Part shown: in pieces, positions 22,029 through 31,290 of the stretch
Layout: each line of letters opens with the position of its first letter
Numbering within the stretch: position 1 is the first letter of the stretch
From: an uncultured Acidobacteriota bacterium
GTDB taxonomy: Bacteria > Acidobacteriota > Blastocatellia > RBC074
Direction of reading: 5' to 3'
DNA: 64,000 nucleotides
Assembly (NCBI GenBank): GCA_963794955.1
Contig: CAWCGF010000039.1
Span: 268,262-332,261, forward strand
The notes under the pieces: generated by a model
What the model was told of the DNA's origin: nothing
The model's database searches: none
The model's input: only the letters and a program-made list of their open reading frames with translations
Position numbers and translations under genes: made by a program

Positions 22029-24647
22029 ATGCGCGTCTTCAAAATCCTACTCATCTTTTTGTTTTGCCTGGTCGCCCTGACGATCGTTATGCCTGTCAGC
22101 CAGGCGCAGAAACCTGTTCATCAAGCATTTTTCACGCAAACAATTCTCCCGTTCATGAACGAGAATTGCGTGAGCTGTCATAGCGAGAAACGCAAAGCTG
22201 GTGGGCTAAATTTAGAACTCTTCCAGACAGTTGATTCCATCGCAAAATACCGGGACGAATGGGAAAGTGTGGTGCATAAACTGCGCACCGGAGAGATGCC
22301 GCCCAAAGGCCTGCCGCGCCCAGAGCAAGCGACCATTGAAACGATTATTCATTGGCTCGAAGTGCAATTTGCGGCGGCAGACAAGCTTGTCAAACCCGAT
22401 CCCGGTCGCATCACCGCGCGGCGGCTGAATCGTGCCGAATACAACAACACCGTGCGCGATTTACTCGGCGTAGACAGCGAACCCGCCAACGACTTCCCGC
22501 AAGATGATTCCGCGCACGGCTTCGATAACATTGCCGATGCGCTGTCGCTCTCGCCGACCTTGATGGAAAAATATCTGGCGGCGGCAGAAAAGATTGCCCG
22601 CCTGGCAGTCTTCGGCCCCGAAGTCAAAGTGCAAACTTTCCGCATCGAACCGACGCGCCCGCGCCGCATGGAAACCAATCCGGTGCAAATCACGCAAGCG
22701 CCGTTTTACACGATGCAGGATTACGACGCGACGGGCATTTCGCATCCGGGCGCGTATCACTGGAAATATCGGTTTCCGGCCACCGGCGAATACCTCTTCC
22801 GCGTCCGTGCGGATGGCGCGAAGCCGCCGGGTTCTGAACCGCAAATGATGGATCTGTATCTGGACGGTAAGATTGTCCAAAGCTTTGAAGTCCCCAACAA
22901 AGTGACGGCGACGAACGAACGACTGCCGGTGTTTATGGAAGTGCGGGTGCAAGTCACCGCAGGACACCATCAATTGATTGCGGCGTTTCCGCGCTTGTTT
23001 GAAGGCTTGCCCGCTTCCTTTGGCGGGCCGAATCCATCGAAGCAGCCTGCGCCGCCCACGCCTGATCCGTCCCGTTTCTTCCCGCCGCTGCCCAAAGACG
23101 CGACGCCGGAACAGGTCAAAGCCAGAGAAGCGCAGCTTGAACGCTTCCGCAATCGCAAGCCACAATTTGGCGGGATGGCAGTGGCGGAAGTCGAAATTAA
23201 CGGGCCATTTGATTATCTCAAAGCCCCTTCGGCTGAGTCCGTGCAAAAAATTTATACCTGCGGTCATTTGCAGGGCAAACACCAACCCGGTTGCGAGCGA
23301 AAAATTATTGCCAGCTTAGCGCGGCGCGCCTTTCGTCGTCCGGTGGAAGCGGCAGAAGTTGAAGGGCTGATGGCCATTTTCACGAAAGCCAAAGAGCGCG
23401 GGCGCACCTTTGAGCAAGGCCTTGCGCTGGCCGTGCAAACAATTCTGGTGACGCCGGATTTTCTCTTCCGCATTGAGGAACCTATACGGAAAAGTGAAGC
23501 CCGGCTTGCCAGTCCCGCGAGTAGTAGCGAGCGCCGTTTCAGTAACCATCTGAGAGAGCAGACGGCGTTCGCTCCCGCTCGTAGCAATGACAATCGTAAC
23601 CAAGCTGACGCCATCACGTCTTATCAAATCAGCCCGCACGAATTGGCGACGCGGCTCTCGTATTTTCTGTGGAGCAGCATGCCGGATGAAGAATTGCTGC
23701 GCTTGGCCGATCAAGGAGCGTTACGCAAGTCTGCCGTGTTAGTCGCGCAAATCAAGCGGATGTTGCGCGATCCAAAAGCGAACGCGTTGGCCGAAAATTT
23801 TGTCGGGCAATGGTTGGAAATTCGGCGGCTGGAATCCCAACAGCCGGATCGGGACCGCTTCCCCGATTTTGATGACTATTTGCGCGCTTCGATGCAGCAA
23901 GAAACCGAACTGTTCTGGCAAAATATCATGCAGGAAGATCGCAGCATTCTGGATTTCATCGGCGGCAAATACACCTTCCTGAACGAACGCTTGGCGCGTC
24001 ATTATGGCATCAAAGGCGTCACCGGCGCAGGCTTCCGCAAAGTAGCTTTGACCGGCACAGGGCGCACGGGGATTCTTACCCACGCCAGCGTTTTGACCGT
24101 TTCGTCGTATGGCAATCGCACATCGCCCGTGTTACGCGGCAAGTACATTTTGGAAAACATACTGAACGCGCCGCCACCAGCAGCGCCCGCCAATGTGCCG
24201 CCCCTGGATGAAGCCGCCGTGGGAGCCAAAGGCACCTTGCGGCAACAACTGGAGCAGCACCGCCAAAGCCCGGTGTGCGCTTCGTGTCACGCGCGCATGG
24301 ACCCGCTGGGCTTTTCGCTGGAAAACTACGACGCGGTCGGTGCCTGGCGTACGCAGGATGGCAAGTTCCCGATTGATCCATCCGGCACGTTGCCAGATGG
24401 CAAATCATTTAAAAATGCAGAAGAATTAATCGGCATTTTGCAGTCGGAAAAGGCTGCTTTTACTGAAGCTTTGACCGAGAAGTTGCTAATATACGCGCTG
24501 GGACGCGGGATCGAACGAGCAGATCGTCCGGCAGTGAAAACCATCGCTACCAAAGTTGCCGCGCATCAATATCGGTTCTCAAATCTGATTTTGGAAATCG
24601 TGAAAAGTTTGCCGTTTCAAAAGCGTAGAGGAGAAGCAAGGTCATAA
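22029..24647 (+). CDS. DUF1592/DUF1595/DUF1587/DUF1588-type (PSCyt) protein with N-terminal CxxCH haem motif
   Basis: Signal peptide, CVSCH near the N-terminus, 872 aa. This is the architecture of the Planctomycetes/Acidobacteria PSCyt family that pairs with DUF1501. Confidence 0.85.
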   Translation: MRVFKILLIFLFCLVALTIVMPVSQAQKPVHQAFFTQTILPFMNENCVSCHSEKRKAGGLNLELFQTVDSIAKYRDEWESVVHKLRTGEMPPKGLPRPEQATIETIIHWLEVQFAAADKLVKPDPGRITARRLNRAEYNNTVRDLLGVDSEPANDFPQDDSAHGFDNIADALSLSPTLMEKYLAAAEKIARLAVFGPEVKVQTFRIEPTRPRRMETNPVQITQAPFYTMQDYDATGISHPGAYHWKYRFPATGEYLFRVRADGAKPPGSEPQMMDLYLDGKIVQSFEVPNKVTATNERLPVFMEVRVQVTAGHHQLIAAFPRLFEGLPASFGGPNPSKQPAPPTPDPSRFFPPLPKDATPEQVKAREAQLERFRNRKPQFGGMAVAEVEINGPFDYLKAPSAESVQKIYTCGHLQGKHQPGCERKIIASLARRAFRRPVEAAEVEGLMAIFTKAKERGRTFEQGLALAVQTILVTPDFLFRIEEPIRKSEARLASPASSSERRFSNHLREQTAFAPARSNDNRNQADAITSYQISPHELATRLSYFLWSSMPDEELLRLADQGALRKSAVLVAQIKRMLRDPKANALAENFVGQWLEIRRLESQQPDRDRFPDFDDYLRASMQQETELFWQNIMQEDRSILDFIGGKYTFLNERLARHYGIKGVTGAGFRKVALTGTGRTGILTHASVLTVSSYGNRTSPVLRGKYILENILNAPPPAAPANVPPLDEAAVGAKGTLRQQLEQHRQSPVCASCHARMDPLGFSLENYDAVGAWRTQDGKFPIDPSGTLPDGKSFKNAEELIGILQSEKAAFTEALTEKLLIYALGRGIERADRPAVKTIATKVAAHQYRFSNLILEIVKSLPFQKRRGEARS

Positions 24648-24679
24648 CTTGTGTTACATTTTCGGCGAAGGAAAGAAGT

Positions 24680-24994
24680 ATGAGCATAAAACAGCGCCGA
24701 CAACAAACAACGACGTCAGAACAGAAACCCGCGCACAAGAAACCGGCCATGTCACCACTAGCGCGGAAAGCAACGCGGCTGTATCAAACCAAATTGAAAG
24801 CGTTGCTTGAACCAGCGTACATTGGAAAGTTTGCAGCGATAGAGCCTGATTCCGGCGACTATTTTGTGGCGGATCGGATGACCGAGGCAATGCACAAAGC
24901 CCGCTTGAAACACCCTGACAAGCGGTTCTTCCTGATTAGAATCGGGTTTGAGGCCGCTGTCACTTTTCGCCATCCAGGGCCTGTACCAGTATGA
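24680..24994 (+). CDS. hypothetical small protein (104 aa), translationally coupled to the downstream aspartic protease gene
   Basis: The ORF ends in an ATGA overlap with the next gene. Basic N-terminus, then a YIGKFAAIEPDSGDYFVADRM ... RIGFEAA core. Confidence 0.45.
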   Translation: MSIKQRRQQTTTSEQKPAHKKPAMSPLARKATRLYQTKLKALLEPAYIGKFAAIEPDSGDYFVADRMTEAMHKARLKHPDKRFFLIRIGFEAAVTFRHPGPVPV

Positions 24995-25383
24995 GGCAAC
25001 TGCGGCGGATGCAAGGGTGGTGGGATGCAGAACTTTCGCCTCATATTGAGATTCTTTTGCCAACAGGCGAGGTGATTGACTTGGTGGTGGACTCCGGTTG
25101 CAATGCAGAGGTGGTCTTGCCCAAGTCGTTGATTACCAAGCTTGGGCTAAAGAATGATGGCTCGATTTTCTCTCGGTTGGCGGATGGCTCAGTGCTGGAA
25201 GTTGGAGTTTATATCGGTGAAATTCTGTGGTTTGGGCAAAAGCGAGAAGTCAGAATACAAGCCACTGATTCGCACGAAGGTTATCTGGGAACAGAATTAT
25301 TTCAAGGCTGCATCGTCGAACTTGACCTAGATGAGAATCGCGTCATCTTTCGCAAGAAGACAACCAAAGCGCGCAAACGTTAA
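24991..25383 (+). CDS. retropepsin-like (clan AA) aspartic protease domain protein
   Basis: LVVDSGCNAEVVLP contains the hydrophobic-hydrophobic-D-S/T-G-A catalytic motif of retroviral-type aspartyl proteases. A downstream G-rich flap-like segment follows. 130 aa. Confidence 0.6.
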   Translation: MRQLRRMQGWWDAELSPHIEILLPTGEVIDLVVDSGCNAEVVLPKSLITKLGLKNDGSIFSRLADGSVLEVGVYIGEILWFGQKREVRIQATDSHEGYLGTELFQGCIVELDLDENRVIFRKKTTKARKR

Positions 25384-25420
25384 TATTTTCGCCTCACACT
25401 CGATAGCGTCGGAGAAACTT

Positions 25421-26767
25421 ATGATTATTACGAAAAAACAATTGTCACGCCGCACATTACTCAAAGGCTTAGGCGTCACTGTCGCCCTACCAATGCTGGA
25501 CGCAATGACTCCTGCGTTGGCAACCGCCGCAGAAAAAGCCAAAGCGCCCACACGTTTATTTTTCGGCGCAGTACCGAATGGCATCGAAATGAAAGCCTGG
25601 ACGCCCAAGGGGACGGGCGGCAAAGATTTTGAATTCACCCGCATTCTGAAACCGCTGGAAGCCTACCGCGAAGACTTGCTGATTCTGACCGGTCTTGCGC
25701 ATCGCACAGGGGCGTCAAAAGAAGCAGGCGATCACGCTCGCGCGGGTGGCAATTATCTGACAGGTGTTCATCCGAAACGCACGACGGGCGCAGACATCGA
25801 AGTCGGTATTTCCGTAGATCAAGTTGCGGCACAGGCACTCGGCAATAAGACGCGGCTGGCCTCGCTCGAACTTGGGTGTGAAGCAACACGAATGGTCGGC
25901 AGTTGCGACGCAGGCTATAGTTGCGCGTATCAAAACAGTCTCGCGTGGCGCACACCTTCGACGCCAATGCCGCCGGAGATCAATCCGCGTTTGGTCTTTG
26001 AGCGGTTGTATGGCAGCCTGGAATCCAGTCTTGATCCCAAGACACAAGCCGCGCTCAACGAAGACCGCAAGAGCGTGCTGGATTACGTCAACGAACGCAC
26101 CAAGAAGCTCGTCATTACGCTCGGCCCCACAGATCGTCGCAAAATTGATGAATATCTGACTGCCATCCGCGAGATCGAAAAACGCATTGCGCGCGTCGAA
26201 AGCGACAACCGTCAGTTGACGCCAGAAATTGCTAAGCCAAATGGCATTCCGGCCAATTTTGCAGACCACGTTCGCTTGATGCACGACTTGTTGATCGTAG
26301 GATTTCAATCTGACATCACGCGCATCTCGACGATGCTTTACAGCCGCGAAGGCAGCAATCGTGCCTATCCTGAACTCGGCTTCACTGACGGGCATCACCC
26401 GATCACGCATCACCGCTACATTCCTGAACTGGTCGAAAAAGTCACGAAGATCAATGCCTATCACCTGGAGCAATTCGCGTACTTTATCGGCAAACTAAAA
26501 TCTATTCAGGAAGGTGATGGCACGCTGTTGGATCATTGCATGATCGTGTACGGCAGCAGCCACAGCGACGGCAATCGCCACTCCCACGTAGATTTGCCAA
26601 CCATCGTCGTAGGTCGCGGCAACGGCCTGCTAAAAACAGGTCGTCACATCGTATATCCCGAAACGCCGATGACGAATTTGTTCCTGACCTTGCTGGATAA
26701 GATGGGCGTGCGGACCGAGAAGCTCGGCGATAGCAACGGCAAGTTGCTGGGATTAAGCGAAGTCTAA
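25421..26767 (+). CDS. DUF1501 domain protein (sulfatase-like, Tat signal)
   Basis: RRTLLKGLGVTVALPMLDAM Tat-type signal. DUF1501 partner of the DUF1592 protein. GGAGAAACTT Shine-Dalgarno before the ATG at 25421. Confidence 0.85.
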   Translation: MIITKKQLSRRTLLKGLGVTVALPMLDAMTPALATAAEKAKAPTRLFFGAVPNGIEMKAWTPKGTGGKDFEFTRILKPLEAYREDLLILTGLAHRTGASKEAGDHARAGGNYLTGVHPKRTTGADIEVGISVDQVAAQALGNKTRLASLELGCEATRMVGSCDAGYSCAYQNSLAWRTPSTPMPPEINPRLVFERLYGSLESSLDPKTQAALNEDRKSVLDYVNERTKKLVITLGPTDRRKIDEYLTAIREIEKRIARVESDNRQLTPEIAKPNGIPANFADHVRLMHDLLIVGFQSDITRISTMLYSREGSNRAYPELGFTDGHHPITHHRYIPELVEKVTKINAYHLEQFAYFIGKLKSIQEGDGTLLDHCMIVYGSSHSDGNRHSHVDLPTIVVGRGNGLLKTGRHIVYPETPMTNLFLTLLDKMGVRTEKLGDSNGKLLGLSEV

Positions 26768-26789
26768 GGATAAAAGACAAAAACAGGAA

Positions 26790-26880
26790 CGCGGAACAAA
26801 CGGAAATATCGGAATACACGAAAAATATCTAGGCTAAAAACATTTCTGGTTGTTCCGTTATTTCCGTCTATTCCGTACTC
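26790..26880. terminator. long imperfect inverted repeat (ggaacaaacggaaatatcggaatac ... gttccgttatttccgtctattccgtac) between the DUF1501 and esterase genes
   Basis: Inverted repeat read directly in the sequence. Confidence 0.4.
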
Positions 26881-26901
26881 TCTCTTTATAAGGTCATCTC
26901 T

Positions 26902-28164
26902 ATGAAGTCCCCATCTTTATTGTTTGCCACGCTGATTTTGTTGTTCGCGTCATCCGCTTTCGCACAAAAACTCCCTGATCCGATTTTGCTCTGGCCGAAT
27001 GGTGCGCCAGGGGCAACCGGAGCCTCAGACGAAGACAAGCCTGCGATTATTCCGATGTTGCCGGCTGCCGCGAACAACACAGGCGCAGCGATTTTGGTGA
27101 TTCCCGGCGGCGGCTTTATGACGCGGGCAACGGATTTTGAAGGCGTCTTGGTTTCGCGCTTTCTCAATGAACGCGGCATCGCTGCTTTCATCCTGCGTTA
27201 TCGCATTCGCCCGTTGTACAGCCGCAAAGAATGGCTGATGGATGCGCAACGCGCGATGCAGCATATTCGCGCGAACGCCAGGGAGTTTCGCATTGCGCCG
27301 AATCGCATCGGTGTCATTGGATTTTCCGCAGGCGCAGACCTTGCTTACGATGCGTCGTTGAATCCGTTACCAGCCAATCCTGAAGCGGCAGACTCATTGG
27401 AACGTGTATCAAGTCGTCCTGATTATCAAATCCTGGTCTATGGCGCATCGCCACAACGCGGCACGACAGAAGGCGGCGGTAAAGTTGCAGACCTCCCTCC
27501 GGCCTTTATGTTTTGCACAGCGGAAGATATGGGTCACTTGCGCGGCATGTCGGCGCTGTACATGGATATGTTGCAAGCACGTATTCCGGTCGAATCTCAC
27601 TTCTTTCTTAACGGCGAACATGGCGTAGGCTTTGCTTTGGGCGATCCGGTCTTGGGTGAGTATCCGAACCTGCTGATGAATTGGATGATCGGCAATGGCT
27701 TCCTGACCGAAAAACCGCGCGTCGCCTTGACCGGAGTGGTGAAGCTGGACGGTGCCCCGCTCAATCGCGGCATGGTGATTTTGACGCCTGTCAATCAACC
27801 GGGTGCGCCGCCGGTAACCGCCTACATCACCAACGCACACATACGGGAGTTGGGTTCGTTCATCATTACTCAAAAGCAAGGTCCGGTCGCCGGGCAATAT
27901 CGCGTCGAAGTGCGGCAGGATGCGACGCGTTGGCAAAGCAATTCGCGCAATCCGTTGATGATCGAAATGCAAAATAAACAGCGCGACCGCACGCTCACGG
28001 ATGAAGACCGCAAGAAATGGGGCGAGTTCGTGCGCCAGCGCGACCTGTCGCCGAGCATCGAAAATCAGCGCGTGTTTCGTCGCCAACGTCCAAAGGACAA
28101 AAAAGATTACATTGTCGAGATCAAAGGCGGCAACGATTTGGTACTGGAGGTCTTCAGTCGCTGA
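26902..28164 (+). CDS. secreted alpha/beta-hydrolase (esterase), paralogous to the N-terminal domain of 18763..20442
   Basis: Signal peptide. LVIPGGGF ... GFSAGADLA motifs are shared with the 18763 protein. C-terminal ~120-aa extension. Confidence 0.7.
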   Translation: MKSPSLLFATLILLFASSAFAQKLPDPILLWPNGAPGATGASDEDKPAIIPMLPAAANNTGAAILVIPGGGFMTRATDFEGVLVSRFLNERGIAAFILRYRIRPLYSRKEWLMDAQRAMQHIRANAREFRIAPNRIGVIGFSAGADLAYDASLNPLPANPEAADSLERVSSRPDYQILVYGASPQRGTTEGGGKVADLPPAFMFCTAEDMGHLRGMSALYMDMLQARIPVESHFFLNGEHGVGFALGDPVLGEYPNLLMNWMIGNGFLTEKPRVALTGVVKLDGAPLNRGMVILTPVNQPGAPPVTAYITNAHIRELGSFIITQKQGPVAGQYRVEVRQDATRWQSNSRNPLMIEMQNKQRDRTLTDEDRKKWGEFVRQRDLSPSIENQRVFRRQRPKDKKDYIVEIKGGNDLVLEVFSR

Positions 28165-28191
28165 CAATTCAGGTGGCGTGTGTTTCAATGA

Positions 28192-29001
28192 ATGCACCTA
28201 CCAATTCTGAATGAGGCGAACTGGATGACAGCATCAGCAGATATTTATCGAAGCGCACGACTGGCAACCGGATATGCTTATCATCGTCCCCCGGTACATC
28301 AAGGCATCATCGCCAGAATGGGTGAACGGCTTCAGATCACGAAGCGATTAGGCCGAGCGCTCGACATCGGTTGTGGCGCGGGACTTTCAACCGCAGCGCT
28401 GGCACCGCTAGTTGATTTCGCCATCGGGCTTGAGCCAGTAGCAACAATGCTCACCCATCGCGCAGCGGTTTCGACACAAGCACATTTCGTCGTTGCCAAA
28501 GCAGAGCAATTGCCGTTTGCGGCACAGACATTCGAACTGCTGACCGCCGCAGGTTCATTGAATTATGCCGACCTGGATCGGTTCTTCCCCGAAGCAAAGC
28601 GTGTGTTAACGGCCTCTGGCGTGCTGGCGATTTATGATTTTTCCGAAGGGCGACGCCTACGCGAAGATCATCGGCTGGAAGATTGGTATGCAACGTTCAA
28701 GCAACGCTATCCATCGCTGCCCGGCTACGCGCTTGACGTTAGAGAGCTGGATTACAGTCGTTATGATTTGCTGCTTCACGCGTTTGAGCAATTTGAGGTC
28801 GCGGTGCCCATGACGCTCAGCAGTTACCTGCGCTATGCGCTGAGCGAAACCAGTGTGGAGTTGGCGATTTCGCGTGGCACGCCCGAAGAAGAAATCCGCG
28901 ACTGGTGCCACGGCACGCTGTCAGACATTTTCACTGAAACCCCACGCGATGTTTTGTTCGATGCTTACATCGCCTATATCAATCGCAAAGCTCATTTATG
29001 A
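28192..29001 (+). CDS. class I SAM-dependent methyltransferase
   Basis: LDIGCGAGLST motif I. An alternative ATG is at 28225. Confidence 0.8.
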   Translation: MHLPILNEANWMTASADIYRSARLATGYAYHRPPVHQGIIARMGERLQITKRLGRALDIGCGAGLSTAALAPLVDFAIGLEPVATMLTHRAAVSTQAHFVVAKAEQLPFAAQTFELLTAAGSLNYADLDRFFPEAKRVLTASGVLAIYDFSEGRRLREDHRLEDWYATFKQRYPSLPGYALDVRELDYSRYDLLLHAFEQFEVAVPMTLSSYLRYALSETSVELAISRGTPEEEIRDWCHGTLSDIFTETPRDVLFDAYIAYINRKAHL

Positions 29002-31031
29002 AACGTTTGTTTGCCCTCGTAATTTTCCTTTGTTCGCTGTTGCCGTTGGTCGCGGCCCAGCAAGCTCCGCCAACACAACAACGCCCGCCGCAACAACCTT
29101 CCGTTACGCCAACGGATGAGGAGAAGCGGCAGATGCAGGCAAAGATTGACGAGATTGACAAGATCGTGCGCGAATTAAAGGCCAAGCGCGTGAACGAAGA
29201 TTTGCTGGCAGATGTCGAAATCTACGCGAAAGCCGGGCGCTGGCTCCTGGAATTCCCCGGCTTCTTCTTCGTGCAAGACGACATCAGGAATGCATTGACG
29301 GTACTCAATCAGGGCATCGAGCGCGCCACGCAATTGCAAAGCGGACAATCTCCGTGGGCCACACAAAAAGGCCGCAGCGGACATGGCTTTTACTCGCCGC
29401 TGGATGGTTCGGTGCAACCCTTCGGCTTGAATGTGCCTGCTTCGTATGACGGTACGCGTCCGGTGCGCTTGTACGTCTGGTTGCACGGACGCAATGCGCG
29501 ACTTACCGAATCCAGTTTCTTGTATGGCTTTTCGCAAGCCCCGACCAATCCCAATAATCCGATGAATTCCGCTGACGTCGGACAAATCACATTGGATGTC
29601 TACGGACGTGGCAACAACGCAAATCACTGGGCGGGCGAAGTAGATGTCTTTGAAGCTATTGCTGCGGTACAACGGCGCTACAAGATTGATCCGAAGCGCA
29701 TCATACTGCGCGGCTTTTCGTTAGGTGGCGCGGCGGCCTGGCATTTGGCGTTGCAGTATCCAGATCGCTGGGTCGCCGCCGAAATTGGCGCAGGCACGTG
29801 GCCGCGTCGTTCGACAATGCCGGGCTTTCCGCCGCATCAAGAGAAGGTGCTGCGCATCTGGGAAAACACGCCGGAATGGGCGCTGAATGCTTTCAATATT
29901 CCGATAGCCGGGCACGATGGCGACAGCGATACACAAGTCGCTTCAATCCCGCCGCCACCGCCAGGGACGTCTACGCGCGGGCAATTGGAATCATCTATTC
30001 GCGTGCGCGAACAGTTAGCGAAAGAAGGTTTCCCCTCCGAAGGCGAGCCGAATTCAATGATCGCCAAAGGCACGCCCGCCATCTTTTTGATCTCGGAAAA
30101 AACAGGCCACAGCGTCAGTCCGCCCGTGCGCAAACGCTTGGATGAGTTTCTGAAAGAATGGGGCGACAAAGGCCAAACCTCGCCCGATCACATTCGCTTT
30201 TTGACGTACACGACGCGCTACAATAAATCGCACTGGGCTTCGCTCGACGCGTTGGAGCAGCATTATGAGCGCGCTGAGATTGATGCGCAGCGCAACGGCA
30301 AGCAGTATCAAATCACGACGAAAAACATCGCGCGACTGACCTTGCGCGAAACCAACAACGCCGCGCAGATTCGCATTGATGGACAGGAATTAAAAGTGAA
30401 AGCTGCACCCGCGATTACGTTAGAAAAAGCGGGTTCGTCGTGGCGCGTCGCTGCTGGCAAATGGAAGGGCTTGCACAAAACGCACGCCTTGCAAGGCCCG
30501 ATTGATGATGCGTTCCTTGATCCTTATTTATTAGTTCGTCCCACAGGAACGCCGTGGAATCAGGCGGCACATCAACAGTCGCTGCGCATCCTCGCACGCT
30601 TTGATCGGATTTATGCGCGCAATTATCGCGCCCATCCGCGTATTAAAGACGACAAGGATGTGACGGCGGCGGACATTGCGAAGTACAATATCGTGCTATT
30701 TGGCGATCCGGGCAGCAACAGGTTAATGGCCAAACTCATCGGCAAGTTGCCGGTGAAATGGACGAAAGAAACTGTTACTTTGGGGCGTCAGAGTTTTGCG
30801 GCAACAGAACATTTGCCGATTCTCGCATATCCCAATCCGCTCAATCCATCACGGTATGTTGTGCTGAATTCCGGGCTGACGATTGATGAGCGCGAATACA
30901 ACGGCGATTACAGCCTGCCCCGGCTCGGCGATTTTGCCATTGTAAAAGCTAAAGACGGTTCGGATATTCCTGATGTAATTCTGGCAGGATTGTTTGATGA
31001 ATTCTGGCAATTGCCAGGTGAATTGCGGTAA
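28998..31031 (+). CDS. secreted alpha/beta-hydrolase (S9/prolyl-oligopeptidase-like) with large N- and C-terminal extra domains
   Basis: Signal peptide. GFSLGGAAAW nucleophile elbow. ATGA start/stop overlap with the methyltransferase gene. A paralog lies at 48284..50261. Confidence 0.7.
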   Translation: MKRLFALVIFLCSLLPLVAAQQAPPTQQRPPQQPSVTPTDEEKRQMQAKIDEIDKIVRELKAKRVNEDLLADVEIYAKAGRWLLEFPGFFFVQDDIRNALTVLNQGIERATQLQSGQSPWATQKGRSGHGFYSPLDGSVQPFGLNVPASYDGTRPVRLYVWLHGRNARLTESSFLYGFSQAPTNPNNPMNSADVGQITLDVYGRGNNANHWAGEVDVFEAIAAVQRRYKIDPKRIILRGFSLGGAAAWHLALQYPDRWVAAEIGAGTWPRRSTMPGFPPHQEKVLRIWENTPEWALNAFNIPIAGHDGDSDTQVASIPPPPPGTSTRGQLESSIRVREQLAKEGFPSEGEPNSMIAKGTPAIFLISEKTGHSVSPPVRKRLDEFLKEWGDKGQTSPDHIRFLTYTTRYNKSHWASLDALEQHYERAEIDAQRNGKQYQITTKNIARLTLRETNNAAQIRIDGQELKVKAAPAITLEKAGSSWRVAAGKWKGLHKTHALQGPIDDAFLDPYLLVRPTGTPWNQAAHQQSLRILARFDRIYARNYRAHPRIKDDKDVTAADIAKYNIVLFGDPGSNRLMAKLIGKLPVKWTKETVTLGRQSFAATEHLPILAYPNPLNPSRYVVLNSGLTIDEREYNGDYSLPRLGDFAIVKAKDGSDIPDVILAGLFDEFWQLPGELR

Positions 31032-31065
31032 ACGTTTTTGCATCAAGCAGGAATGAGGGCTTGTA

Positions 31066-31245
31066 TGCATTGCCACTAGCGTTAGCTGGTGGAGAGTAAA
31101 GCTTGAGGCAAAGGCTTTAGCCGAATTGAAAAAAACTTTCCGGGGAGCTATAGCTAAAGCTCCTCGGAAGAAATTTCTCATTTAATTTGGCTAAAGCCAA
31201 AGACCTTCAATCACTGCCCACTAGCTAAAGCTAGTGGCAATTGAG
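31066..31245. mobile_element. MITE-like element, copy A (~180 bp; terminal inverted repeats cattgccactagcgttagctggtgg / ccactagctaaagctagtggcaattg)
   Basis: A second copy at 58758..58949 shares the ordered blocks ttgccacta, ggctttagccgaa, gaaaaaaa, agctaaagct, cggaagaaa, taaatttggctaaagcc, caattga. It is intergenic and has no ORF. Confidence 0.55.
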
Positions 31246-31290
31246 ATGCCTGAGTATTCAAGGCAAAGTTACCATCGCTGAAAGACTCCT

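Noticed and set aside
22461-23285. 274-aa minus-strand ORF, with similar antisense ORFs at 25715..26473, 27409..28197, 39593..40291, 44162..44857, 44913..45779, 49605..50150, 59710..60333 and plus-strand ORFs 5228..5878, 51473..52084
   Set aside because: All lie opposite or inside strongly supported genes (DUF1592, DUF1501, esterase, CE15/thioredoxin, rhodanese, PEPM, S9 paralog, EamA, radical SAM, M4 protease). They are Arg/His-rich with GC-skewed codon use. These are shadow ORFs.
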